A stretch of 63,785 nucleotides of DNA, counting the filler, from Octopus bimaculoides (lineage: Eukaryota), in assembly GCF_001194135.2 (NCBI RefSeq). It is 5 parts of 5 records of this genome, joined end to end, with 100 filler letters (N's around TTAATTAATTAA, not from the genome) between each part and the next. Parts side by side here need not be neighbours in the genome. Positions count along the whole stretch, not along the records: positions 48,221 to 62,410 come from NC_069001.1; positions 62,511 to 63,785 come from NC_068982.1; 3 more parts are not named here. One strand, given 5' to 3'. The position numbers were made by a program, and so were the translations under genes. The notes beneath the pieces are model-generated. The model was not told the origin of the DNA and made no database searches. It saw only the letters and a program-made list of their open reading frames with translations. This document shows, in pieces, positions 52,111 to 63,785 of this stretch (the stretch's first letter is position 1; each line of letters begins with the position of its first letter).

Positions 52111-52169
52111 TGTATGTGTATGCCGTGTTGGATAGTCATCAAGCGGTATATATGTAGAAGTAGTAGCGG

Positions 52170-52266
52170 CATTGATTATAGATGTAACATTGGTATTATT
52201 AGTAGAAATAGTAGTTGCAGCAGGGGTAGCAGCAGCAGAAGCAACAGCAGTAGCAATAGTAGTAGT

Positions 52267-52317
<51 letters not shown>

Positions 52318-52412
52318 CAGTAGTATTAGTAGTAGTAGCAGCAGCAGTACTATTAGTAGTAGTATCAGCAACAACAGCTGTAGCTGCAGTAGCAGCAGCA
52401 AACAGTGGTAGC

Positions 52413-52492
<80 letters not shown>

Positions 52493-52519
52493 CAGCAGCA
52501 GCAGCAGTAGTAGTAGTAA

Positions 52520-52573
<54 letters not shown>

Positions 52574-52585
52574 AAGTAGCAGTAA
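52170..52585 (+). repeat. (AGT)/(AGC) compound microsatellite
   Basis: Directly visible. Confidence 0.95.
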
Positions 52586-52667
52586 GATTATTTGTAGATA
52601 GACATACTGTGTTAAGTAAACACGTGCTGATTCCATTAATCCGTCCGTAAACGTATAGAACAAAATA

Positions 52668-52717
<50 letters not shown>

Positions 52718-52772
52718 NNNNNNNNNNNNNNNNNNNNNNNNNNNNNNNNNNNNNNNNNNNNNNNNNNNNNNN

Positions 52773-52850
<78 letters not shown>

Positions 52851-52935
52851 CTTATATATAAATATATAAATATATATGTATATGTAGCAAAATGATCATA
52901 CATGAACACAAATACACACGTACATATGCACGCAG

Positions 52936-52986
<51 letters not shown>

Positions 52987-53357
52987 TTAATACGTCCATA
53001 CATAGATACAACGTACATATATTCAAAAAGAAACGAACGTAGTAAATGAAACACAAGGACAAAAAAAAAAGATAAAAATGGCGGTAAGTGAAATGATTGT
53101 GTACATACAGGAAATTGGAAAGTCTAATAAGGAAATGATGAAACTGTTAAAATGGCGTATAAAATATCAGAGTAACTCTTGACAACTACAAAGGAAAAAA
53201 ATTCACTCTATATAGCCCGAATTTTTGCCATAAAATATTCTCTCAACAAAAATTTCTAAATTTCCATTTTCTGCCATACATTATTCTACATAGTAAAACA
53301 CGACAATATTTTTTTTACCTGTTTGACAACTATCATAATAATAACAACAACAACAAC

Positions 53358-53415
<58 letters not shown>

Positions 53416-53895
53416 GCTGTACCAATAACAATAATGACAGCGATAACAATAATGATAACAATAATGAATAAAAATGAATGATGAAATAAAATGAAATTAA
53501 ATAATGTAATATATATTAGAATTTCTAAAATATTCTGATGAAATATTCTTTCACGATAAACATAACAATTTGACAATCCTGTCATACAAAATTCTAGCAG
53601 GAAAACTGCGAAAATATTTAAATAATGCAATAAGGTTTTGTTTTCTAACAAGAAAATGTGAAAATTTGCATGTTTATTCTATGAAATATTTTACAGAGAA
53701 GAAATGCAATACTTCCAAATATATCATACAATATAGACAAAATTTGTAATTATCACAATTTAATAATTTATCAGGAAATATATAACAAATATTGAATGTT
53801 TTTTTTCTTTTTGACGACGAAAATCTGTCGTGTGTCGTGTATGATGCGACCTTATAAAGGAATTCATGTGATAATGTTCATGTTTTATTTTGTTA

Positions 53896-54110
53896 TGGTA
53901 GCGAGCAGGCAGCGTCGTTAGCACGTCGCGTAAAATGCGTAGCGATATTTCTTCTGTCTTTACATTCTGAGTAAAAATCCGTTGAGATCCACGTCGCCTT
54001 TCATTTATTGGAGATTATAAAAGAATTACTAGTTGAGCATTGTAGTTGTAATCGACTCATCTGCTCCTTCAAAATTAACAGCCTTGTGCCAAAATTTGAA
54101 TCACATATTA
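53896..54110 (+). mobile_element. SINE, second family, diverged
   Basis: GGTAGCGAGCAGGCAGCGTCGTTAGCACG...TTCTGAGT...GCCTTGTGCCAAAATTTGAA. Confidence 0.65.
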
Positions 54111-54862
54111 TTGTTGTTCTATGAAATGTTCTACAGAGAAAGAACACGATAAGTTCTGAATGTTGAAATTTGTACTTAAACTCGTACAATGCCTGTCAAG
54201 AGATATGCGGCAAATAAATTTTTTATGACTAAAATGTCTATCTAGAATCATGCAAAGTTTATTTTCTGGTATGTAACCGAGAAAATACACTTAGATTGTG
54301 CAACACAATAGTTTTGGAAGAAAAAGATACGCAATTGTATTTACTTTGCAAGATTCTTGAAGTGATATCTTGTGTTGTTATATATTTTGTTGTATCTCTC
54401 TAGGGTACGGTCAATATGCCAATATTAATCATACGCACTGGTACTATTAACCATTTAACCAATTAAGTAATCAATTGTTTGATTAATATTTCGGTAAGTC
54501 AATCAATGTGAAAGGTTTGAGAAATTTCTTCCGTCATCATACATGATCTCAATAATAACGCGCCTGTTCCGTTTCAAGTCTTTGACTCTCTTGAGATACA
54601 ACAGAAATATATGGATCTTTACAGCTCCTTCTAAAGTGTAAACTAACAGGAAATTCTATGGCTAAAAGCTAATTTCTAAAAAATTAGTTCGGCATGGTGA
54701 AGGTACGAGTGAGTTTACAGCTGTTTCGGTGTACCATGTTGAGGTAAATATATATTCACATATTTACGTCAACACTCACTCTTACCTTCACCTTGCTTAA
54801 CTAATTTATAATGGCTTTTTAGCACCAAAGATTCACTTCTATTTGTTGTTTTTCCTCCATTT

Positions 54863-54902
<40 letters not shown>

Positions 54903-55457
54903 CAAATATGCATGTTATTGATTTGCAGACTGAATAAAACAAGATATTACCAGACTTTCTAACCAGTGTCAGTGACCTGATCGGATGTACGCGGCGGATA
55001 TTTCTAATACCACATAAAAAAATATTCAAATTTATAGTGAATTTAACTGCGTCATGTATTAGTAAACATCTCTAGAAAGCTTTGGCTATTATGTATATAT
55101 GTATGCTCCTAAATATATATAAATATATATATATGTGCGTGTGTGTGTATGTATGTGTGCCTGTGTATCGTTACATCCATCCATCTAACGGTATATATCA
55201 ACGTTTCTATATCTATCCATCTATCACTATACATACCTATGCACACAAACACAGAAAAATGCACGCATATATTTCTATATTCTTGACAAATAAATGCGAA
55301 TTGAAAGTATGTATCAGATATTTCTTTGTCATGAAATAGCTTTATACGATGTGGTTGCCACGCGTATATTCTTTTGCATGTTTGAACATATAAATATCTA
55401 TGTATTTTTGTACATATATAAATGTATGTATATATGTATATATACATATATATATAC

Positions 55458-55495
<38 letters not shown>

Positions 55496-57489
55496 NNNNN
55501 NNNNNNNNNACATATATATATATATATTTGAATACAGAAGTATCATCTATTTTTCTTAAAACTCTTATTGTACAATTTTCTGTCAAGGGTAAAACGGTAC
55601 TTGCTAATTTCCATCATGCCTGATAGAAAAATTACCACTGCATGTCAAACATTATTCTTGCAGGAAACAAATGACAATTTTCAATAGATGCGGCAAACCA
55701 TTGTGCCAAGATTTATTGAAAAAATTCCAATTGCTTACAAGAAAATTAAAATTTTTTTAATTTTTGTCATACATTATTCCAGTTAAAAACAAACAGCAAA
55801 ACGATTTCTCGGATTTGAATGGAAATATTCTCTGAAATAAAATACGATATTTTCCTAATTCCTCACACAATTTCTATCACGAACAATAAAAGCTTTTCCA
55901 ATTTATGTTTTACAATATTTTATCCCGAAGAATAAATGTTAGCAAAATAAATAAATAACATATGTATTTTTAAAAATACACAATCGAGGTAAATATAACA
56001 ATTTATAATTCTTCTCTTATAGAACATATGACAAAAATATTCTTAGAAGGGAAAAAAAGAAACCGGTAATTTATTATTTCTGCCAATGAAATATGAAAAA
56101 GAAATAGATGGAGCAAACAATAATTCCACGAAGTAAAATCTCAAAAATCTCTAATTTCTCTCTCAGAAAATTCTACGTGGAACATTAAAATAAAATAATT
56201 ACCAATTCTTACGCTAAGTATATTCTACCGGGACAATTGCAGCAATTTTTTTCCTATTGTTATTCCATTTTCTATCTATCCTAACAGAGCAAAATTAGAA
56301 TGTATTGCAGTTCCTGTATTTGGTATGCAAGTTTCTTGATGTCACCTCATATATTGAAACATTGTTTTATCGTGGGAGGGTATTTTACACTATTTGATGA
56401 GGTGAGGCACAAGTGACGACGACAAAGCCCTTCGAAAGCTTAATTAATTGAATAATTGACCGAGCAATTAATCAAGCAATCAATTAGCTTAAATATTTAA
56501 CTCTTTGATTTTCCTGTGTAACATGTAATAGTGATAGCATTTCTCCATGGCGTCCATGCATTAGATATGGGAGACATGTTTCTGGATTAAGAAACGCTTT
56601 ATGTTACTCGGGACGTACGAAACAAGTGTGAAAACGAGTACGGATGTTTATCACAAAATTTTGAATATACTTTGGACAGAAAAATGGTTAACTAGTTAAT
56701 TGAAAAAGTAAGAAAAACTCGCTGCCTTGAGACAATATTAGTGAAAATACATTGTACTTATGAATGAGGTTACACACAACCGTGGGTGCTTGTAGTTAAT
56801 GTAGCATATCAACCCCATGTGTTCTAGATCCTATGACATCATTTGTAGCTTAATATGTTTTCACATATATTTTATATGAGATTATTATTTTCTTGAGTGT
56901 ATTTCCGCATCGAAAGTATTTATCACGTTCGAATATCTACACACGTGTTAAACATATTTGTATAAGCATATACTAAAATTGCATATTTCAATTTCTAGTT
57001 TACATTATCTTTCCTAAATAGGACAAATTCACATCTCTGAGAGATATTATCCCCTCAAGAGACGGTATTTTCCCAACTCATCTTACTATATTGAATATTC
57101 TACTATACACAATACAATAATGGACAATTTCTTTCACAAATCATTGTGTCTAGAATAATAACTACGGTAAATGTCTTCTAGCATTCTAGCATTAAGAATA
57201 CAATAATTTGTAATTTCTCTTCTACAATATTTTCGTGAGAAGAAGCATAGCAATTTAAAATATACAGTATGTACAATATTCGGATAAGCATGAAACACGA
57301 TATTTCGATTTTGTGTTTGATGTGTAAGATTTTTAATGATGAACGCTTGTGTTGAAATAAATTTTGTTTCATCTCGCGAGATCACACACACAGCGTCATA
57401 GACGCTCACTCTTTCTCTTTCTCTCCACCTCGTATAAATTCTCACTTTGATCTACATAAATATGAATATTGGTTTAAAATTGTGACACA

Positions 57490-57680
57490 ACGCTAGCAAC
57501 TTCGGGTTAGTGGGTAATTCTATTACATCGAGCACAGTGCTCGACTGGTATTTCTTTTATTGATCCCGAAAGTGTGAAAGGCAAAGTCAACCTCTGCAGA
57601 ATTTAAACTCAGAACGTACAGACGGACAAAATGCCGCTATCATTTCACGCTTTGGGATAACGATTCTGACAGCCCAGAAG
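57490..57680 (-). mobile_element. SINE, second family, minus strand
   Basis: ATTGATCCCGAAAG.GTGAAAGGCAAAGTCAACCTC...AATTTAAACTCAGAACGTA. Confidence 0.7.
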
Positions 57681-59879
57681 CAGAACTGGAGTAGAAAGAA
57701 CACGCCATTGATGGCGTCGCGAATGGAGAAAAATGAATTTTCAAAAACTGAGCTGCTTCAATGATTGTCAGAAGAATGAATTAAACAGTCGTTGAACTCA
57801 TTGTTTAAATGCTAATGAAATGATCACACAAACACATAGTCTCTATGGCTTTCTGACTGTCTGTATGTTTCTTTGTCTTCCCCCTCTCTCTGTTTCTTCT
57901 TTGTCTCAAACCTATATTTTTACTCACATCCATGTAAACATATACATAGAAACTTTAAAATGCTTGCAAAAACAAACATGATATGTTTCAATTTTTGCAT
58001 GACAGTTTTACATAAGACACATTTTTAGTAAAGCCACAATTCAGCGGGATGAACATAATATTCTCTCACAGAAAATATGAGAGTTTATATTTTATTCCAA
58101 GCAATATAGTTTCGGGAAAATACGGTAAATTCCAATTTTTGCAAGACAATTTTCTTTCTTGCAAATAAATACAAAACAATTCCAATTAGAAAGAAACAAC
58201 AATTTCTCTTGTGTGAAACCCAGTATCTTTCATGACAAAAAATAAAATATTTATTTTCGTTGTGTGTGTTTATTTTTCTTTAACAAGACAAAAAAACATA
58301 CACTATTTTTCTACAGAATAATGCAGAACCTTAAAATATCTGACATACAATATTTCTGTACGATAAATACGATAATTTACATATTATTCAATGCAGTACC
58401 GTAGCAGAACAAATGCAGTTCTTGCCAATTACTGCCAAGTAGTATCTTAGTCAAATAAAATACGATACTTGTCACATAATATTTCGAAAAAACAAAAGTA
58501 ATATCACTGATTTTAAACCATGCAAAGTAATATCCTCTATAGAGAAAAAAATTACAATATTAGCTACATGATATTTTAGAAAGCAAAATTCTTTTAAAAC
58601 TAATTTATGCAAAAGCATTTTCATTGGAAATAAAAAATAAAGTACCGACAGTTTACGCTTTGCATCGAAAAATATTTTAACAGAATGTAGTTTATTCTCC
58701 AAATTTCGGAAGACAAACATCGTGTTCTGAAATACAATATTCTAAGCATAAAATATGGCTATTTATCGTTATTGATAAATCACGCAATGTGATACATTTG
58801 TAGCATCGAGAGAAACTTAAACTTTTGAGGCAATAAACGTCTTTTTAGACTATTCGTTATTGGATATGGTTTGAAGCTGGCATCCGGGAAGAATTGAAGC
58901 AAGTTTAAAGATTCGCGACAACCTGGAGGAATAGCAAACCCGGATGCCCCAATGTTTCATGCCACTGAAAAAATTCCAGCATGAATTAGAAGATCGAGGT
59001 ATATAAACAAATTCGAACACACATGCAGGGTGTGTGTGATGTTAGTTCGTGGGTCGGCTGCGGATCTTAGGCGTAAGACTATGTATATTTATGTGTGTGT
59101 GCGTGAGTATATGTGTGTACATGTAAATATATATGGCTATATGTGTGTGTACATGTACATATAAATGTATATGTGTGTGTGAGTATGTTTGTGTGTGTAC
59201 ATGTACATATATATATGTATTTGTGTTTGTACGTGTATGTGTTTGTATGTTTGCGTATGTGTGCATGTGCTTGTGCGCACGCGTGTGTATATGTGTGTAT
59301 GTGTTTGTGTGCGTGTGTGTATGTGTGTGCATTTGTGAGTGTATGTCTTTGTTCCCACCACCGCTTAACGTCTAGGGAAGATTTGTTTGATTAAATAAAA
59401 AACCCTCAATTCTTCCTTGTGTGCCCAAGCATGGTTGCAGTGCAATGATTGAAACAAGTAAAACGTCAAAGATTATATTTACAGAACTTGGTACTGTTAT
59501 TCTCAGGAACCTGAGATGCTCATCGCTATATTCCAAAAGAACGTCACAAACAATACAATAGGCTAAAAACGACAGAATAACATTCTCAAAGCTTTTGTAC
59601 GCACTATATTTAACGAACTGAGACAACAATTGTGGAGTACAAACATTATTATAGGTCTATAGACTCGTTGTAACTTAACAAGTCTGCATGTTCCCATAAA
59701 ATACATTATCACGAAATTAAATAATTTCTGCTTCCCAAGACACGTTCATTGTACTCTTTCTATGGTTTTTACGTAATGAGCGTACATATACTTCTGGACA
59801 TTAAGGAAACGAACAAAGCAACATCGGGAACTGTTGAATATAAAAGTATTTCTTATCGCTGAAATATTACAGGATAGAT

Positions 59880-59981
<102 letters not shown>

Positions 59982-61687
59982 TGCTATATTTGAAACACTA
60001 CAGCTGGGTGAATGTACAATTGCTCATGGATTATTTAAAAAAAAATATTTGACGTCAGAAGATAAACGTTACTATAGTTGTCGCATCATCTATATCACAC
60101 TTGGGCAGTATTCTCTCGAGTTCAAATCTCGTACGGCCCATTATCAGGCTTGCATTGCGTATAGGCAGCTGCGATAAAAATACAACTCCTGAGCACAAAA
60201 CCAGTTCATCGCGTTTTACTCATTTACGGCTGTTTGGATTGCAATAAATTTAAATGAAAAGATTTGCTTAAGAACGCGATGCAGGTCTAAGAATCTCTAC
60301 TTACACAACTCGATCACGGATGTAACCACCTACAAGTTATACTTGTTTAGATCGATACTATATGTCAGGCAGTGGAAACATAAATTGATATATATATAAT
60401 GATCAACAATTTCAAATTGTGGCCCAAGACCAAGAGTTGCGAAGAAGCGGTTAAATCGGTACATCGACCCCACTGCTCAAATGGTGCTTTTTTTTTTATC
60501 AGAATTTAGAAATAGGCATGACAAATTTCGAGTGAATATTCTATATACGAAAATGATGATCGCATTAATTATTCTTAGGAGAATATTTTATGTTGGAGAC
60601 AGTGAGAAGTCTTGTTTAGCGCATAATACAATATCGTGCTAAAAAGAGGGAATTGTAGTATTATGCGCAAATAAAAGATTTATATGAGAATTTTGAAAAG
60701 GTTAAGATAGTATTTTAGAAATAATTCGTACCTGAAAACGAAGGTTGTCGAAAATTTTCAGAGATTATTATCCATGAAATATAGCTTGTAGCGTTCTATA
60801 ATTCTTGAAACAATTTTGTGCCAGAAAGTGGAAATTGCTGTATCCTATGTAATATAAAAGATTTATATCAGAGTCTGGAAAGAGTCACGATATTTTAAAG
60901 AGAATATTTTATATCGGAAAATAAAGATTGTCGTATTATTCTTCAGAGAATGTTAACTTTGGGAAAGAGCATACACAGTTGTGTAATTCTTAACCCAATA
61001 TTGTGCCAGAAAGTGGAAATTATCGCATTATAATTTAGATGGCATTGTATATCAAATATTAAAAATTGCAAGTTTTATTGTCCTTGATATAACGTTTTGT
61101 GTTAAAATCTAGAAATTTACGCTTTAAACGTGTGATGATATTGTATATCAGAAAATATCTATTTTATTATTCGTTTGGGATTATTGTATATCACGTGACA
61201 TAAAATGGAAGAGGTATTATTGTTGGGAGAGTAAGGAAATCAGCGCAATGTTCATGATAAACTACTGACTATCATAACAGTGACTGAACTTCATTCTAGC
61301 TTTTTTTTTTCTTGATGTCTGTTGTTACTGCAGGACTTTTATATGAGATTGCAATACTAGCGCTATTTCCTTTTTATACTATCAAATTTCCGGTATTTAC
61401 ACGCACGTATCTCTCATCCAATTTCTTTTTTTACCATTCATAAAATCATTCAATTTAACTTTGTCAGTAAATCTATATAATTTAATGTATATAAATACTT
61501 CTATACACACACCTGCATGATTACATCTATCTCTCTATCCATCTATCTATCTATCTATCTATCTATCTATTTATCTATCTATCTTTCTATCTATCTATAA
61601 AAATATGTATATATATATATGTAATGTGTATATATATTGTATATATATACATGCATATTATATATGCATATATATATATGTATATGC

Positions 61688-61795
<108 letters not shown>

Positions 61796-62375
61796 TTATA
61801 TATATATATATACATACATATATATGTGTAAGTATATATATGTATGTATGCATATATGTATATTATATACATATATGTCTATGAGAGTATCTGTATTTAC
61901 ATATGAGTTCGCATGTATATATGCTTGTATCTGTTTATATAAATATATCATTTCGAAGACTGACGACTATACATTACGCCTCAGTTTTATATCAAATTTA
62001 CAAATACATAACATAGACGAACATACATGTATTCATTGTATACATTAATTTACATTCACTACGCACACGCGCACACACACACTCACAAACACACATGAAC
62101 ACACATTGCATTATATATGAAAGCATTTCTAATACAAGAAGTGTATAATAATCTCTGCCTACATCCGGCAATGAATTGGCGGGAAGAATTCTTTCCTCTT
62201 CATTTCTCTGGAGAGAAAGTATTGTAAAGAAAATATGGACATCGTGTGTATAGATGCCGTTATCTGCCCATACTCATATATACAAGATTTTGTTCCTGAA
62301 TCTAAAAGAATTGTCTTAGCATTTATAGATTATTGCAGTTCTTCTACAGAATATTAACCTGAAAGAGGTCAACGT

Positions 62376-62410
<35 letters not shown>

Positions 62411-62510
62411 NNNNNNNNNNNNNNNNNNNNNNNNNNNNNNNNNNNNNNNNNNNNTTAATTAATTAANNNNNNNNNNNNNNNNNNNNNNNNNNNNNNNNNN
62501 NNNNNNNNNN
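62411..62510. other. Artificial 100-bp gap linker
   Basis: 44 N + TTAATTAATTAA (62455-62466) + 44 N. Confidence 0.95.
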
Positions 62511-62519
62511 CAAGCACAC

Positions 62520-62521
62520 AT

Positions 62522-62568
<47 letters not shown>

Positions 62569-62743
62569 TAGAAAGATAGATAGATAGATAGATTGATAGA
62601 CAGATAGATAGATAGAGAGATAGATAGATAGACAGACAGGCAGACAGACAGACAGGTAGGTAGGTAGGTAGGTAGGTAGGTAGGTAGACAGGCAGGCAGG
62701 CAGGCAGGCAGACAAGTATAGATAGATAGATAGATAGATAGAG

Positions 62744-62815
<72 letters not shown>

Positions 62816-62818
62816 GTA
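62520..62818 (+). repeat. Compound GATA/GACA/GGTA/GGCA tetranucleotide array
   Basis: Directly visible. Confidence 0.95.
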
Positions 62819-63439
62819 CACACACACAATCTCGTCGCTGCCGGGAAATTTTCACAGTAGAATACCTTGTCGGAACTTTGGAATAGCACACCCAAATAAG
62901 CACGATTTTCTCCATTTTGACGGGGGAATTTACCAATTTTGATTTTCACTACACCCTTACGGAAAATCTTTTTTATGAAAAATAAATTTTTGAAAATTTG
63001 TAAATACACCCACCCACCCCGCTTCCGGACAGATTTCGTTTGCTTGCACCATGTACCTAAAAACATTGACAGATACCATTTCGGTATAAAAACTAAAAAA
63101 CAAAAATCTTTTTGAAAATCTATGAATTGTTTCAGAACTCCGTCCTTCATTCATACTGAATCTGGTCATTTTTTCTCTCTCTTTTTTTTTTTTTTTTTTT
63201 TTNNNNNNNNNNNNNNNNNNNNNNNNNNNNNNNNNNNNNNNNNNNNNNNNNNNNNNNNNNNNNNNNNNNNNNNNNNNNNNNNNNTTTTTTTTTTTTTTTT
63301 TTTTTTCTCTTGCACTACGCCCTTAAAACTGATGGTAGAAGCTTTGAAGGTTAAAAAAAGATGGATTTTCGAAATCGGCTATCACCATTACAATCTCCAC
63401 TTCCTTTATTTTCAAAAAGAAAAATGGAACGTAGTTTAA

Positions 63440-63785
63440 AACAACTCTTTTACTCTTTTACCCTTTTACTTGTTTCAGTCATTTGACTGCGGCCATGCTG
63501 GAGCACCGCCTATAGTCGAGAAAATCGACCCCAGGACTTATTCTTTGTAAGCCTAGTACTTATTCTATCGGTCTCTTTTTGGCAAACCGCTAAGTTAAGG
63601 AGACGTAAACACACCAGCATCGGTTGTCAAGCGAGGGACAAACACAGACACACAAACACACATACATATATATATATATATACATCTTCTTTCAGTTTCC
63701 GTCTACCAAATCCACGCACAAGGCTTTGGTCGGCCCGAGGCTATAGTAGAAGACACTTGCCCAAAGTGCCACGCAGTGAGACTGA
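63440..63785 (-). mobile_element. OK/OR-type SINE running off the window end
   Basis: Reverse complement of the tail, body and core. Confidence 0.88.

Overview
AT-rich, microsatellite-dense animal DNA with many N gaps. It is most likely an octopus genome, inferred from the SINE families and repeat content. The window is five assembly segments joined by 100-bp placeholders (44 N + TTAATTAATTAA + 44 N), so adjacency across 16.5, 36.9, 48.1 and 62.4 kb is not demonstrated. The only well-supported host gene is a plus-strand MIS18BP1/KNL2 homologue. I reconstructed seven phase-compatible GT-AG exons (37349-47519, 837 codons) encoding a SANTA domain and a C-terminal SANT domain; both gene ends are missing and the segment is bounded by linkers. 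Bases 1.2-10.3 kb hold a cluster of L1/Tx1-type retroelements: one near-full-length decayed LINE and two ~1-kb ORF1-bearing derivatives. All three are bounded by 16-22 bp direct repeats containing CTGAA. The rest comprises tRNA-derived SINEs, R4/Dong-like 3' fragments in (TAA)n, Tc1/mariner and hAT remnants, degenerate hammerhead-ribozyme-like motifs and simple repeats. No CRISPR, rRNA or bona fide tRNA gene is supported. No searches or folding could be run; family assignments rest on motif recognition by eye.
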